A stretch of DNA of 64,000 bases. Source: Blepharisma stoltei ATCC 30299. Lineage: Eukaryota > Protista > Ciliophora. The stretch covers positions 877,581-941,580 of the forward strand of contig CBFDEM010000013.1 of NCBI GenBank assembly GCA_965603825.1. The letters are read 5' to 3'. The first letter of the stretch is position 1. Every line of letters begins with the position of its first letter. The translations under genes were made by a program, and so were the position numbers. A model generated the notes under the pieces. The model was not told where the DNA came from. It did not search any database and saw only the letters and a list, made by a program, of their open reading frames with translations. Of the stretch, positions 26,090 through 39,037 are shown in pieces.

Positions 26090-26953
26090 TATTTATCAAA
26101 CTCTACAAATATATATTTTTAACTGGGCTTATTCTGAATAATAATTAATGAATCGACTGATTTAAATGAGAAATTAGAATTTATTTAACTAATGCGTAAT
26201 AGGTAAACAATTATTAAATGGAATTAATTGGAAAAGACATTAAATTCTCTTGCCTTGTCAGTAATAAAACTAGCAAAATCAGAGATGCAACACCCGCAAG
26301 CTCTTTTTCAACTTTTTAGATTATTTTTGTATTAATTATTCAATTCTAACCACTTATTAAGAAAAAGTGGAACTGTAAAGAGATACGTTTGTTCAAATAT
26401 TGATAATATGTTTTCCAGGCTTTTTATTGAAACCAGACAAAATGGAAGCTGTGGAACATGATTGCTTGCTTTTCTGTATTATTTGCTTTAGTCGTCGCAG
26501 AGGAATGAATATATGGCTTGCTGCTCTTAGCCAATTCACGAAGATTATTGCAGAAACTCACTTTCTATCTGTCCCCATTCCAGAAAATCTGGATTCCATT
26601 TGTAAGATTTCCTTTCGAGCCAACCAGAGCATTTGCACAAAGTAATGAGTTTTTATCTTTAACAATACTTGGGAGTAATTAAAAGTATATTAGTCATATT
26701 GGTGAAATCAATGTTCTCAAGATCGTAGAGTTTATTAATAGCAGCATGATCAGAAAGACTAAAATGATCTTCCAGACCTAAAAGAACTCCATCTATTAGT
26801 ATAAGCACATAATACCTGCAAGTCCTTTCTTTTATTTGGCTTTATTTTAATATCAATATTTATTTCTAAAATGTTAGTAGATGAATTCTTTAATTTTTTA
26901 ACTTATTTTTTATCTTTGTATAAATTAAATTCCTTCTTAAGATTATATTAAAT

Positions 26954-28234
26954 TTATAAGGTCTTGAGATGCTTTAATTGTTTATTTTTCAAATCAAATT
27001 CAATGAGTCTGTAGTCACAAGTTATGAAGTAAAAGCTATCTTTATATAGCAATGAATAAGAATGGCGAGGCCAACCTTCTCCAAATATGTTAGAAGTCCC
27101 AAATTGTGTTCATGTATTGATATCGTTTAAGCCACTTTCATAGCAGGATCTATTAAAGTCAATTATATAAGCTTTGTCTTTGGTTGCTAAAATAGTCTTT
27201 CCTGTGCTACTATTTAATGTAATTGGAACATTTGTATATGAATTATTTGAAATATTGTATCCGTATAGATATGGAGATTCATAACCTCCAATTAATATCA
27301 CACTATTAATAAAAGCACAAGAAATAATTCTGTTGCCTGATACTGGATACTGAGCAATTGCATTTCAATTTTTTGATACAAGCGAAAATTTAAATGAAGC
27401 GTTTCCTACTCCTCCAAACATGTAAACAAAATCATCAATTGCAATAAGTCCAGAACAGTTACTGTATCGAGAAGAATCCAAAGGAATTATTAAGTTTTTT
27501 GGGGTTATAATAAAAGTTTCTGAATCAAAGCAACAAAACACAGAGCCATCATTTAGCAAGCAAGTTGGATCCCATCCTTTTCAGTTCTTATTTATATTTT
27601 GTGAAATTGAGTTTTGTGACACAACATCAACAGCAAATAGATCTCTGATTTTAAAATATTTTATTATTGACTCTACTTTTATAGGCCTCAAGACTTCAAA
27701 GTTGTCAATATCAAATAAAAGTTTTGCTTCTTTAACAGAAAATAGATTTTCTATTTTTTCTTTTATACCAGAGTTGTTAATCTTTATTATATCTTCTTGC
27801 AATTTTATTTTTACTGCATCTTCAAGAGATAATTTTAATGCTGATTCAATGAAGCTCTTGCTGTTTAGATTGTTGATTTCTTCCAAGGTATCGCATAAAC
27901 GTATATACTCGTCTAATCTTTTTTCTATACTTAAAAGCTTTCTTAATGATTTCTCAGTTGATTCCTTTACTTGCTTTATTAGCAAGGATGATTCTTGAAT
28001 TATTTTTGACCGATCTTGCTTTACTTGAAGCTTTAAGTTTTTCAAAAATTTATAAATAGTGATTTTGGTTTGTAGGTCTGGATTTATCATGATTCGAGTG
28101 AAATGATGATTCCCAGCTGATTCTACATGCGTTCCAAGATGATTATAGCATATAAAGATTTTTTTATCTGAGCAATCGCATACATAAATTGGCTTATTTT
28201 GACAACCTATTGAACAAGTCACAAGCTCATCCAT
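26954..28234 (-). CDS. Family A copy A2 (426 aa)
   Basis: 1281-nt frame, near-identical to A1 in N-terminal half. Confidence 0.85.
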
Positions 28235-28849
28235 TATTTATCAAACTCTACAAATATATATTTTTAACTGGGCTTATTCTGAATAATAATTAATGAATCG
28301 ACTGATTTAAATGAGAAATTAGAATTCCAAATACTAATTAACTACTTAGTTGGATCACAATTAAAAAATTTTGCGCTTTTCAAAGATTGTCTGTAGTTTT
28401 TCAGCTTCTTATTTAAAAAAATACACAAAGATTAAATAAATCAAATAAAATTCACAGTAAATGCACAAGTGTGAAAAATTGTGATGATTTTTTTCTTGAT
28501 ATAGCTTTTCTGTTTAAATCGCAAATTTTAAGTGTGACTGATACAGAAGTTTCGTCAATCATCAATTTATTTTCTAAAATTTTATATTTTACTTAGCTAA
28601 TGCCAAATTATTAAACAATTATTAAATCGAATTAACTGGAAAAGACAATAAATTCTCTTGCTTGTCAGTAATAAAACGTGTGAAACCAGAGATGCAATAC
28701 CCGTGCTCTTTTTAGATTATTTTTGTATCAAAATACAATTCTAACTCTTTTTTACGTTAAATTACTTCTGCCTTCTAAATGGCAGTCCAATATGTTTTTA
28801 AATATTTATGTCGATTAAAGTACAAACTTTTAAACAATAATTTTATTAA

Positions 28850-30157
28850 TTAATCAGAAAGAAAATATAATACCTGCAAGTTCCATTTGAGAAGCTTTAA
28901 TTGTTTATTTTTCAAATCAAATTCAATGAGCTTATTCCCACAAGTTATAAAGTAAAAGCTATCTTTATATAGCAATGAATAAGAATGGCGAGGATAACCT
29001 TCTTCAAGCATATTTGCAGTCCCAAATGGTGTTCATGTATTGATATCGTTTAAGCCACTTTCATAACAGGATCTATTGTAGTCAATTATATAAGCTTTGT
29101 TTTTGGTTGCTAAAATAGTCTTTCCTGTTTTACTATTTAATGTAATTGGAACATTTGTATATGAATTATTTGAAATATTGTATCCGTATAGATATGGAGA
29201 TTCATAACCTACAATTAATATCACACTATTAATAAAAGCACAAGAAATATATCTGTTGCCTGATACTGGATATTGAGCAATTGTATTTCAATGTTTTGAT
29301 CCAAGCGAAAATTTAAATGAAGCGTTTCCAGATCCTCCAAACATGTAAACAAAATCATCAATTGCAATAAGTCCAGAATAGTTACTGTATCGAGAAGAAT
29401 CCAAAGGAATTATTAAGTGTTTTGGGGTTATAATAAAAGTTTCTGAATCGAAGCAACAAAACACAGAGCCATCATTTAGCAAGCAAGTTGGATCCCATCC
29501 TTTTCAGTTCTTATTTATATTTTGTGAAATTGAGGTTTGTGACACAACATCAACAGCAAATAGATCTCTGTTTTTAAAATATTTTATGATTGGCTCTACT
29601 TTTATAGGCCTCAAGACTTCAAAGTTGTCAATATCAAATAAAAGTTTAGCTTCTTTAACAGAGAATAGACTTTCTATTTTTTCTTTTATACCAGAGTTGT
29701 TAATCATCATTATATCTTCCTGTAATTTTATTTTTCTAGAATCTTCAGGAGATAATTTTAATGCTGATTCAATAAAGCTCTTGCTGTTCAGATTATTGAC
29801 TTCCTCCAAAGTATCGCATAAGCGTATATACTCGTCTAATCTTTTTTCTATACTTATAAGCTCCCCTAATGATTTCTCAGCTGCTTCATTTATTTTCTTT
29901 ATTAAAAAGGATGATTCTTGAATTAATTTTGACCGATTTTGCTTTACTTGAAGCTTTAAGCTTTTCAAAAATTTAGAAATAGTAATTTTGGTTTGTAGCT
30001 CTGGATTTTTCATGATTCGAGTGAAATGATGCTTCCCAGCTGATTCTCCATGTGTCACAAGATGATTATTGCATATAAAGATCTCTTTATCCGAGCAGTC
30101 GCATGCAACAATTGGCTTATTTTGGCAACCTACTGAACAAGTCACAAGCTCATCCAT
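28850..30157 (-). CDS. Family A copy A3 (435 aa; altered C-terminus from a 3' deletion)
   Basis: 1308-nt frame; ..KQLKLLKWNLQVLYFLSD* reads into downstream intergenic motif tacctgcaag. Confidence 0.8.
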
Positions 30158-31302
30158 TATTTATCAAACTCTCCAAATATATATTTTAAATGGGCAAAAG
30201 AAGTCTTATTCTGAATTATAATTAATGAATCGACTGATTTAAATGAGAAACTAGAATTCCAAATACTAATTAACTTCTTAGTTTAGTTGGATCGCAATAA
30301 AATATTTGCATTCTCAATAGATTTTATGCTTCGTATTGAGAAAGCGCACAAACTTTACGATAAATCAAATAAAATTCACATAAAATGCACACATAGGCTA
30401 TATTGTGATGATCTTTTTCTTGATAAAGCTTTTTTTGTTTAGACTGCAAATTTTAAGTGTGACTTATACAGAAGTTTTGCAATCATCAATTTATTTTCTA
30501 AAAATTTTAGATTTTATTTAACTAATGCGTAATAGGTAAACAATTATTAAAAAGGAGTTAATTGGAAAAGACATTAAACTCTCTTGCCTTTCAGTAATAA
30601 ACTAGCAAAATCAGAGATGCAACACTCGCAAGCTCTTTTTCAACTTTTTAGATTATTTTTGGATCAAAGTATTGAATTCTATTTACTTTTTAAGAAGAAG
30701 TAAACTGTAAAAATATAAGTTTGTGCAAATATTGATAATATGCTTTTCAGGCCTTCATTGGAGCCAGACCAAATGGAAGTTGTGAAAAATGGTCGCTTAT
30801 TTCCTTGCATCATTTGCTTTAGTCGGCGCAGAGGAATGAAATATACGGCGCGCTGCTCTTAGCCAATTCAGAAGATTGTTGCAGAAACTCTCTTTCTATC
30901 TGTCCTCATTGCAGAGCACCTGGATTCCGTTTACGAGATCAACTTTTTGAGCAAATAAAGCATTTGCCTAGATTAATTAGTTTTTATCTATAAGAATACT
31001 TGGGAATTATTAAAAGTTTATTAGTCGTATTGATTAACCAATGCTCTCAAGAGCGTTGAGTTGATTAATAACAATATAATCAAAAAGACAAAAATACCCT
31101 CCCAGACCTGAAAGAAATCTAACTATTAGTATAAGCATAATACCTGCAAGCTCCTTTCTTTTATTTGTTTGCTTCATTTTAAAATCAAGATTATTATTTT
31201 AAAATATTATGAGATGAATTCTTCAGCTTTTAACTTATTTTTATATTTGTATCAAAATTAAATTCCTATTTAAAATTATTAATCTAAAAAATTAAAGTTA
31301 AG

Positions 31303-32583
31303 CTATAAGGTCTTGAAATGTTTTAATTGTTTATTTTTCAAATCAAATTCAATGAGTTTGTAGTTGTAAGTTATAAAGTAAAAACTATCTTTATATAGCA
31401 ATGAATACGAATGGCGAGGATAATTGTGGTCAAGCATGCTAGCAGTCCCAAATGGTGTTCATGTATTGATATCGTTTAAGCCACTTTCATAGCAGGAGCT
31501 ACTGTACTGAATTATATAAGCTTTGTTTTTGGTTGCTAAAATAGTCTTTCCTGTGCTACTATTTAATGTAATTGGAACATTTGTATATGAATTATTTGAA
31601 ATATTATATCCGTATAGATATGGGGATTCATAACCTACAATTAATATCACACCATTAATAAAAGCACAAGAAATAAATCTGTTGCCTGATACTGGATACT
31701 GAGCAATTGCATTTCAATTTTTTGATACAAGCGAAAATTTAAATGAAGCGTTTCCATACCCTCCAAACATGTAAATAAAATTATCAATTGCGATAATTCC
31801 AGAGCAGTTACTGTACCGAGAAGAATCCAAAGGAATTATTAAGTTTTTTGGAGTTATAATAAAAGTTTCTGAATCGAAGCAGCAAAACACAGAGCCATCA
31901 TTTAACAAGCAAGTTGGATCTCCAATTTTAGAGTTCTTATTTATGTTTTGTGAAATTGAGGTTTGTGACACAACATCAACGGCAAATAGATCTCTGTTTT
32001 TAAAATATTTTATGATTGGCTCTACTTTTATAGGCCCCAAGCCTTCAAAATTGTCAATATCAAATAAAAGTTTTGCTTCTTTAACAGAAAATAGACTTTC
32101 AATTTTTTCTTTTATACCAGAGTTGTTAATTTTTATTATATCTTCTTGTAATTTTATTTTTACTGCATCTTCAGGAGATAATTTTAATGCTGATTCAATA
32201 AAGCTCTTGTTGTTTAGATTGTTGACTTCTTCCAAGGTATCGCATAACCGTATATACTCGTCTAATCTTTTTTCTATACTTATAAGCTCTTCTAATGATT
32301 TCTCAGTTGTTTCCTTTATTTGCTTCATTAGCAAAAATGATTCTTGAATTACTTTTGATCGGTCTTGCTTTACTTGAAGCTTTAAGCTTTTCAAAAATTT
32401 AGAAATAGTAATTTTGGTTTGCAGGTCTGGATTTGTCATGATTAGAGTGAAATGATGCTTTCCAGCTGATGATCCATGCGTTCCAAGATGATTATTGCAT
32501 ATAAAGACCGCTATATCTGAGCAATCGCATACATAAATTGGCTTATTTTGACAATTTATTGAACAAGTCACAAGTTCATCCAT
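31303..32583 (-). CDS. Family A copy A4 (426 aa)
   Basis: 1281-nt frame; WKGWDP replaced by SKIGDP. Confidence 0.85.
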
Positions 32584-33418
32584 TATTTATCAAACTCTAC
32601 AAATATATATTTTAAATCGGCAAACAAGTTTTATTCTGAATAATAATTAATGAATCGACCGATTTAAATGAGGAATTAGAATCCCAAATACTAATTAACT
32701 GCTTAGTTGGATCGCAATAAAACATTTGCATTCTTCTATAGATTTTCTGCTCCGTATTGAGAAAAGGCACAAAGCTTATAATAAATAAAAAAATTCACAA
32801 TAAATGCACAGGTGTGCAATGTTTTGATGATTTTTTTATTTATATAGCTTTTTTTGTTTAGATCTCAAATTTTAAGTGTGTAAAAAGATTTTAGGCAATC
32901 ATCATTATTAGCTAATCGGTAAACAATTACTAAATGGAATTAATTGGAAAAGACAATAAATTCTCTTGCCTTGTCAGTAATAAAACTAGCGAAATCAGAG
33001 GTGAAATACCCACAAGCTCTTTTTCTTTCTTGTGGTTAGTTTTGTATCAAGCATTGAATTCTAAATACTATTATGAGCTGGTTGGCTCGAAAGGTTGATA
33101 GTGCAAATGGAATCCAGATTCCCTGCAATGAGGACAGATAAAAAGAGTTTATTAGCTATATTGGTGAAACCAATGCTCTCAAGAGCTCGAGTTTATTGAA
33201 AACAGTATAATCAGAAAGAAAAGAATGCCTCTCAGACCTAAAAGAACTTCAACTATTTTAGCACAAGCACATAATACCTACGAGCTCCATTCTTTTCTTT
33301 GTTTGGCTATTTTAATATCAAGACTTAATTCTAAAATTCTTACTAGATGAATTCTTCAGTTTTTTAACTAATTTTTTCTCTTTGTATAAATTAAATCCTA
33401 TTTAAGATTATATTAAAG

Positions 33419-34695
33419 TTATAAGGTCTTGAGATGCTTTAATTGTTTATTCCTCAAATCAAATTCAATGAGTTTGTAGTCGCAGGTTATAAAGTAAAAA
33501 CTATCTTTATATAGCAATGAATAAGAATGGCGAGAATCACCTTGTCTAAACGTGATAGCAGCCCCAAACGGTGTTCATGTATTGATATCGTTTAAGCCAC
33601 TTTCATAACAGGATCTATTGTACTGAATTATATAAGCTTTATTTTTGGTTGCTAAAATAGTCTTTCCTGTGTTAGTGTTTAATGTAATCGGACCATTTGT
33701 ATATGAATTATTTGAAATACTATAGCCGTATAGACATGAAGATTGATAGCCTACAATTAATATCACACCATTAATAAAAGCACAGAAATATATGCGTTGC
33801 CTGATACTGGATACTGAGCAATTGCATTTCAATTTTTTGATCCAAGCGAAAATTTAAATGAAGCGTTTCCATACCCCCCAAACATGTAAACAAAATCATC
33901 AATTGCAATAAGTCCAGAACAGTTACTGTATCGAGAAGAATTCAAAGGGATTATTGAGTTTTGGAGTTATAATAAAAGTTTCTGATTCAAAGCAACAAAA
34001 CACAGAGTCATCATTTAGCAAGCAAGTTGGATCTCATCCTTGTCAGTTCTTATTTATATTTTGAGAAATTGAGGTTTGTGACACAACATCAACAGCAAAT
34101 AGATCTTTGATTTTGAAATATTTTATGATTTGCTCTATTTTTATTGGCTTCAAGCCTTCAAAATTGTCAATATCAAATAAAAGCTTTGCTTCTTTAACAG
34201 AAAATAGACTTTCTATTTTTTCTTTTATACCAGAGTTGTTAATCATCATTATATCTTCTCGTAATTTTATTTCTAATGCATCTTCAGGAGATAATTTTAA
34301 CGCTGATTCAATAAAGCTCTTGCTGTTTAGATTGTTCACTTCTTCCAAAGTATCGCATAAACGTGTATATTCGTTTAATCTTTTTTCTATACTTAGAAGC
34401 TTTTCTAATGATTTCTTAGCTGCTTCATTTATTTGCTTTATTAGCAAGGATGATTCTTGAATTATTTTTGACCGGTCTTGCTTTACTTAAAGCTTTAAGT
34501 TTTTCAAAAATTTAGAAATAGTAATTTGGTTTGTAGGTCTGGATTTTTAATTATTCGAGTAAAATGATGTTTCCCAGCTGATTCTACATGCATCCCAAGA
34601 TGATTATTGCATATAAAGACCCCTTTATCCGAGCAATCGCATACATAAATTGACTTATTTTGACAATCTATTGAACAAGTCACAAGCTCATCCAT
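33419..34695 (-). pseudogene. Family A copy A5, three small deletions (frameshifted or homopolymer assembly errors)
   Basis: 1277 nt vs 1281; -1 at ~34525, -2 at ~33960, -1 at ~33784, all in short runs. Confidence 0.7.
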
Positions 34696-35554
34696 ATTTA
34701 CAACTCTACAAAAATATATTTTAAATCGGCAAACAAGTTTTATTCTGAATAATAATTAATGAATTGACTGATTTAAATGATTTAAATGAGGAATTATATT
34801 CCAAATACTAATTAACTCCTTATTTGGATCACAATAAAATATTTCCATTCTTCAATAGATTTTCTGTTTGCATTGAGAAAAGGCACAAAGCTTATGATAA
34901 ATTAAATAAAATTGACAGTAAATTAACAGGCGCGCAATATTGTGATGATTTGTTTCTTGAAATAGCTTTTTTGTTTAGATTGCAAATTTTAAGTGTGTAA
35001 AAAGAATTTAGGCATCAATTTATTTGTTAAAAATTTTAGATTTTATTTAACTAATGCCTGGCAGGTAAACGATTACTAAATGGAATTAATTGGAAAAGAC
35101 ATAAAATTCTTTTGCCTTTCCACTAATAAAACTAGCTAAATCAGAGACGAAATACCCGCAAGCTCTTTTTCCTTTTTTATATTATTTTGTAATTAAGGTG
35201 TTATTAAATTATTGTTACAATATAAAAAGCTGAAATTTTAGTATTGAAATATAGCCTTTATAATAAATTCGGTGATGATTTGAGGATATGAGCCCATAAA
35301 GGCTAAATTAATAACAAAATTGCAAATGAAATTAAATGAGTGACTGAAATTTATAATAGCATATATTCTAACTAATTATTAAAAGAGCTCCATCTATCAG
35401 CATAAGCACATAATACCTACACCTGCTTTCTTTTATTTGCTTGGCTATTTTAATACCAAGATTTAATTCTAAAATATTAGAAGATAAATTCTTCAGTTTT
35501 TTAATTATTTTTTCTCTTTGTGTAAATTAAATGCTATTTAAGATTATATTAAAG

Positions 35555-36823
35555 TTATAAGGTCTTGAGATGTTTTAGTTGTTTATTTTTCAAATCAAAT
35601 TCAATGAGTTTGTAGTCGCAAGTTATAAAGTAAAAGCTATCTTTATATAGCAATGAATAAGAATGGCGAGAATCACCTTGTCTAAACGTGCCATCAGACC
35701 TAAATGATGTCCATGCATTGATATCGTTTAAGCCGCTTTCATAACAGTAGTTATTGTACTGAATTATATAAGCTTTATTTTTGGTTGCTAAAATAGTCTT
35801 TCCTGTGCCGACAAATAGCGTAATTAGAACATTTGTATATGAATTATTTGAAATATTGTATCCGTATAAATTTGGAGATTGATAACCTCCGATTAATATC
35901 ACACCATTAATAAAAGCACAAGAAATATATGCGTTGCCTGATACTGGATACTGAGCAATTGCATTTCCATTTTTTGATCTAAGGGAAAATTTAAATGAAG
36001 CGTTTCCATACCCTCCAAACATGTAAACAAAATTATCAATTGCAATAAGTCCAGAGCAGTTACTGTACCGAGAAGAATCTAAAGGTATTATTAAGTTTTT
36101 TGGGGTTATAATAAAAGTTTCTGATTCAAAGCAACAAAACACAGAGCCATCATTTAGCAAGCAAGTTGGATCCCATCCTTTTCAGTTCTTATTTATGTTT
36201 TGAGAAATTGAGGTTTGTGACACAATATCAACGGCAAATAGATCTCTGTTTTTAAAATATTTTAATTTTGTAGGCCCCAAGCCTTCAAAATTGTCAATAT
36301 CAAATAAAAGTTTTGCTTCTTTAACAGAAAATAGACTTTCTATTTTTTCTTTTATACCAGAGTTGTTAATCTTCATTATATCTTCATGTAATTTTATTTT
36401 TAATGCATCTTCAGGAGATAATTTTAATGCTGGCTTAATGAAGCTCTTGCTGTTTAGATTGTTCACTTCTTCAAAGGTATCGCATAAACGTATATACTTG
36501 TCTAATCTTTTTTCTATCCTTAGAAGTTTTCCTAATGATTTCTCAACTGCTTCATTTATTTGCTTCATTAGCAAGGATGATTCTTGAATTATTTTTGACC
36601 GGTCTTGTTTTACTTGAAGCTTTAAGTTTTTTAAAAAATTAGAAATAGTAATTTTGGTTTGTAGGTCTGGATTTTTTATGATTCGAGTGAAATGATGCTT
36701 TCCAGCTGATTCTACATGCATCCCAAGATGATTATTGCATATAAAGACCCCTTTATCCGAGCAGTCGCATACATAAATTGGCTTATTTTGACAATCTATT
36801 GAACAAGTCGTAAGTTCATCCAT
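35555..36823 (-). CDS. Family A copy A6 (422 aa)
   Basis: 1269-nt frame, one TGA at 36182, 4-aa in-frame deletion. Confidence 0.85.
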
Positions 36824-37728
36824 TATTTATCAAACACTACAAATATATAATTTTAAAGGGGCTTATTCTGAATAATAATTAATGAATCGACTAATTTAAA
36901 TGAGAAACTAGAATTCCAAATATTAATTAACTGCTTAGTTGGGTCGCAATAAAACATTTGCATTCTTCAATAGATTTAGGCACAAAGCTTAAACATAAAA
37001 TAGCTATTTAAAGGAAAAAATCATCACAATATTGTATACCTGCGCATTTACTTTTAATTTTATTTGACTAAAATTTAAGGGGTTTACTGCTTTAGATATA
37101 GAATAGTTATAATCAATCTAAATGATAAAAACAGCAGCATACTTTTGTCACGAATAATGCTCATTAGATTTAATTGACTTTATATTTTATAAAGACATAT
37201 TCACTTTCCTAATCGGAAGTAGAGCACAGCTAAAGCACAATAGCATAATTTCTTTGAATATTTCCTTATTGAGCTTCTAAATATGAAGCATGAGAATTTT
37301 TGTTTTTTAGCCCATTTTATTGGTGTCCAAGATTTTACAGCTAATACACAATATGCTCGATGCTACATAAGGATTGATTTAACGTTTTTCTCTTGAGCTG
37401 GAAGGACATTTATTTCTAAAACCTTTCCATAATAAGGTATAGATGATATTTGATTTATAAATTATGCTTAGAATTAATGTTTACAATTTTTATATTTAAA
37501 ATCATTAATTAAACTATAAGGTTTTAAGGCGTTTTAATTCTATTTTCTAGTCTTCAAATTTAATTGAATTAGCCTGAGAGTAGTAGTTACAAAGTAAAAG
37601 CTATCTTTATAAAGCAAAGGATATGAATGGCGACAATCATTATAAGTAAGCATGCTAGCAGTTCCAAGTGTTGTCCATGTATTGATATCATTATAGTTGC
37701 TTTCATAGAAGTTTTTGCTGTAATCAAT

Positions 37729-37804
37729 TATGCATTTATAGATGAATTTGAATACAGTGCTCTATAAATATAATCAGCTGCTCAATTCTAACAAAAATAA
37801 ATAT
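37729..37804. mobile_element. IES-like insertion, 73 bp, TAT direct repeat
   Basis: caatTATgcat...taaaTATataagc; excision gives caattatataagc as in paralogs. Confidence 0.7.
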
Positions 37805-37848
37805 ATAAGCTCTATTTTTAGTAGCCAAGCAAGTTTTTCCTGTATTAG

Positions 37849-37961
37849 AATTTAATGCTTAATTAATTATCCATATTTTCTAAACTCAAACCCTAAAGTT
37901 AAGGCCCAAGCCTTTTTCTCTTTTTGAAGCATATTACTATTGTAATGTGTAAAATTTAATG
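37849..37961. mobile_element. IES-like insertion, 104 bp, 9-bp TA-containing direct repeat AATTTAATG
   Basis: Repeat at 37849-37857 and 37953-37961; paralogs have a single atttaatg. Confidence 0.6.
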
Positions 37962-38544
37962 TGATAGGGATATTTGCGTATAAATTATTCGAAACAATAT
38001 ATCCATGCATACTTGGAGAATCATAGCCTCCAATTAATATCGCACCATTAATAAATGCACAAGAAATATATCTGTTATTTGACACTGGATACTGAGCAAT
38101 CGCTGTTCAATCGTTTAGCTCTTGTGAAAATTTTAATGAAGCATTGGCAGTTCCTTCAAACATATAAACAAAATAATTAACTGCAATGAGCCCAGAAAGT
38201 GGACCATATTTAGAGGAGTCCAAAGGAATTATTGAATTATTTGGAGTGATAATAAAAGTTTCTGCCTGGAAGCAGCAAAAAACAGAGCCATCATCCAGTA
38301 AACAAGTTGGATCTCACTCTTGAAAATTTTTATTAATATTTTGTGAGGCTGAGCTTTGTGATATAACATCAGCAACAAATAGATCTTTGCCTTTAAAATA
38401 TTTAATATTTCGTTCAAAAACTTTATAATTATTGACGTCAAATGCACTTTTGGGATCTTGAACGATAAAGAGATTTTCTCGTCTTTCTTTCAAATTTTCG
38501 TTATTAATCTTTACTATGTCTCTTGATATTTTATTCTTTGCTAC

Positions 38545-39037
38545 AGCACTCTTATTTATAATAAGAATTTGATTGCAATGCATTTGGATATTTCTTAAGC
38601 TCTAATATTAAGACTTCTTTATAAGCCTTCTATATATCACAGCCATTTTCCAGATTTTATATGCATATAAGTACAAAATCGTATTCCAGGCATCTAAAAA
38701 CCAAAGCACAAAATAGAAATATTCTTAACAATTAATACCTAAAGGCTTTAGTTGCATATACAAAATTCCAAATGTAGAATTCAAAAGAATATTCTCGCCA
38801 ATAAATCTTAAACATAAAAATTAAATAAACAATAGCTTGATTATACTTAAAAATTATATAAAACTTGCTAAGATTATAAAAAATAATAATTATCTCGTGG
38901 CCCATTATAAACAGTAGAAGCACTTAGGTCACTTATTAAAAATTGTAACCCAAAAAAAGCTTTCTTAATTTATTCATAAAATCATCATTTGCATTTGCTG
39001 AAGCCATTTTCAGCAATAAGCTATACTTCTATAAACA
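38545..39037 (+). repeat. Duplicated family-B upstream region
   Basis: Closely similar to 42680-43176 and more weakly to ~48640-49035. Confidence 0.75.

Larger units (their letters stand above)
37514..38540 (-). pseudogene. Family A copy A7, 5'-truncated, carrying two IES-like insertions
   Basis: Colinear with A6 propeller region after removal of 73-bp and 104-bp inserts; N-terminus replaced by family-B upstream DNA. Confidence 0.75.

Noticed and set aside
25518-36587. Recurrent plus-strand ORFs (MIGSTFIG.. / MSISNKSF..)
   Set aside because: Antisense shadows of the coiled-coil region of family A
24809-36823. Separate small genes of 63, 64 and 217 aa, or nonsense pseudogenes
   Set aside because: All breaks are in-frame TGA at Trp positions; they form single genes
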